Assembly (NCBI GenBank): GCA_013239625.1
Contig: MU057051.1
Span: 5,799,290-5,863,289 of the forward strand
Length of the DNA stretch: 64,000 nucleotides
Origin: Lama guanicoe
Taxonomy: Eukaryota
Direction of reading: 5' to 3'
Part shown: positions 63,625 to 64,000 of the stretch, in pieces
Numbering within the stretch: the stretch's first letter is position 1
Layout: every line of letters starts with the position of its first letter
Program-made: the position numbers and the translations under genes
The notes under the pieces: model-generated
Seen by the model: only the letters and a program-made list of their open reading frames with translations
The model's database searches: none
Told to the model about the DNA's origin: nothing

Positions 63625-63825
63625 TCCTTCCTAGCACTTGCTATAGCTGCAATTTTGAATTTTTTAAAGTGTGACTGCTTCACGGTTTTTTATCATGCTA
63701 AACTGGAAAAGCCACAAGGCCAGGCTCTGCTTGTTTGTCTCATCTTTGTATCTTTAGCACCTAACACAATGCCTGTCAGGTTAAAATGCTCAGTAATTAT
63801 ATCTCAAAGAAGAGCCAATAAATGA
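63625..63825 (+). mobile_element. L2 3' end
   Basis: ggccaggctctgcttgtttgtctcatctttgtatctttagcacctaacacaatgcctgtcaggttaaaatgctcagtaat. Confidence 0.8.
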
Positions 63826-63829
63826 TGAC

Positions 63830-64000
63830 ACTATTATCAGCTAAATAGTCATATACATTTTAGATACACTGTGCCATGTAATCCTTACAATAATGCTACT
63901 TTAAATATGAGGTAACTCAGTCTTTGAGACCTGGGAAATGGCAGGTTTAAGATGTGAGCCCAGGTCCATCTGGCCTCGCTGCACCCACAGTCTTAGCTCT
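63830..64000 (-). mobile_element. MIR
   Basis: taatccttacaataat...aaatatgaggtaactcag...aaatggcagg...tgagcccaggtccatctggcctc. Confidence 0.7.

Noticed and set aside
1-64000. CRISPR array, operon or other prokaryotic-style system; miRNA or snoRNA gene
   Set aside because: The DNA is mammalian; direct repeats occur only in pairs (TSDs or local duplications), and I recognised no known small-RNA sequence by eye. An Rfam/miRBase search would be needed to exclude the latter fully.

Overview
AT-rich mammalian non-coding DNA, most likely from a camelid (camel/llama/alpaca lineage). The taxon call rests on a tRNA-derived vic-1-type SINE at 32528-32672 and cetartiodactyl-type L1 3' ends. I recognise no intact protein-coding exon, RNA gene or CRISPR array. 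Apart from an L1 ORF2 remnant and a SUMO fragment, the supplied ORFs look spurious. A large part of the window is interspersed repeats: L1 of several ages, L2, L3/CR1, MIR, MaLR/ERVL LTRs, an ERV1-type solo LTR with intact TSD, and MER5-type hAT elements. The one gene-derived feature is a decayed, intronless SUMO2 retrocopy (about 61308-61915). Most L1s, the SINE, several LTRs and the retrocopy lie on the + strand, which suggests (inference) that the window is inside a large intron of a minus-strand gene I cannot name. Best candidate functional elements are a full two-module CTCF site (47190-47224), a near-perfect DR-4 nuclear-receptor element (56979-56994), and a repeat-poor, CpG-retaining block at about 13.2-15.1 kb that may be an alternative promoter/first exon on the minus strand. 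I found no convincing previously undescribed biological system. Repeat family names come from recalled consensus sequences, and boundaries of old repeats are approximate.
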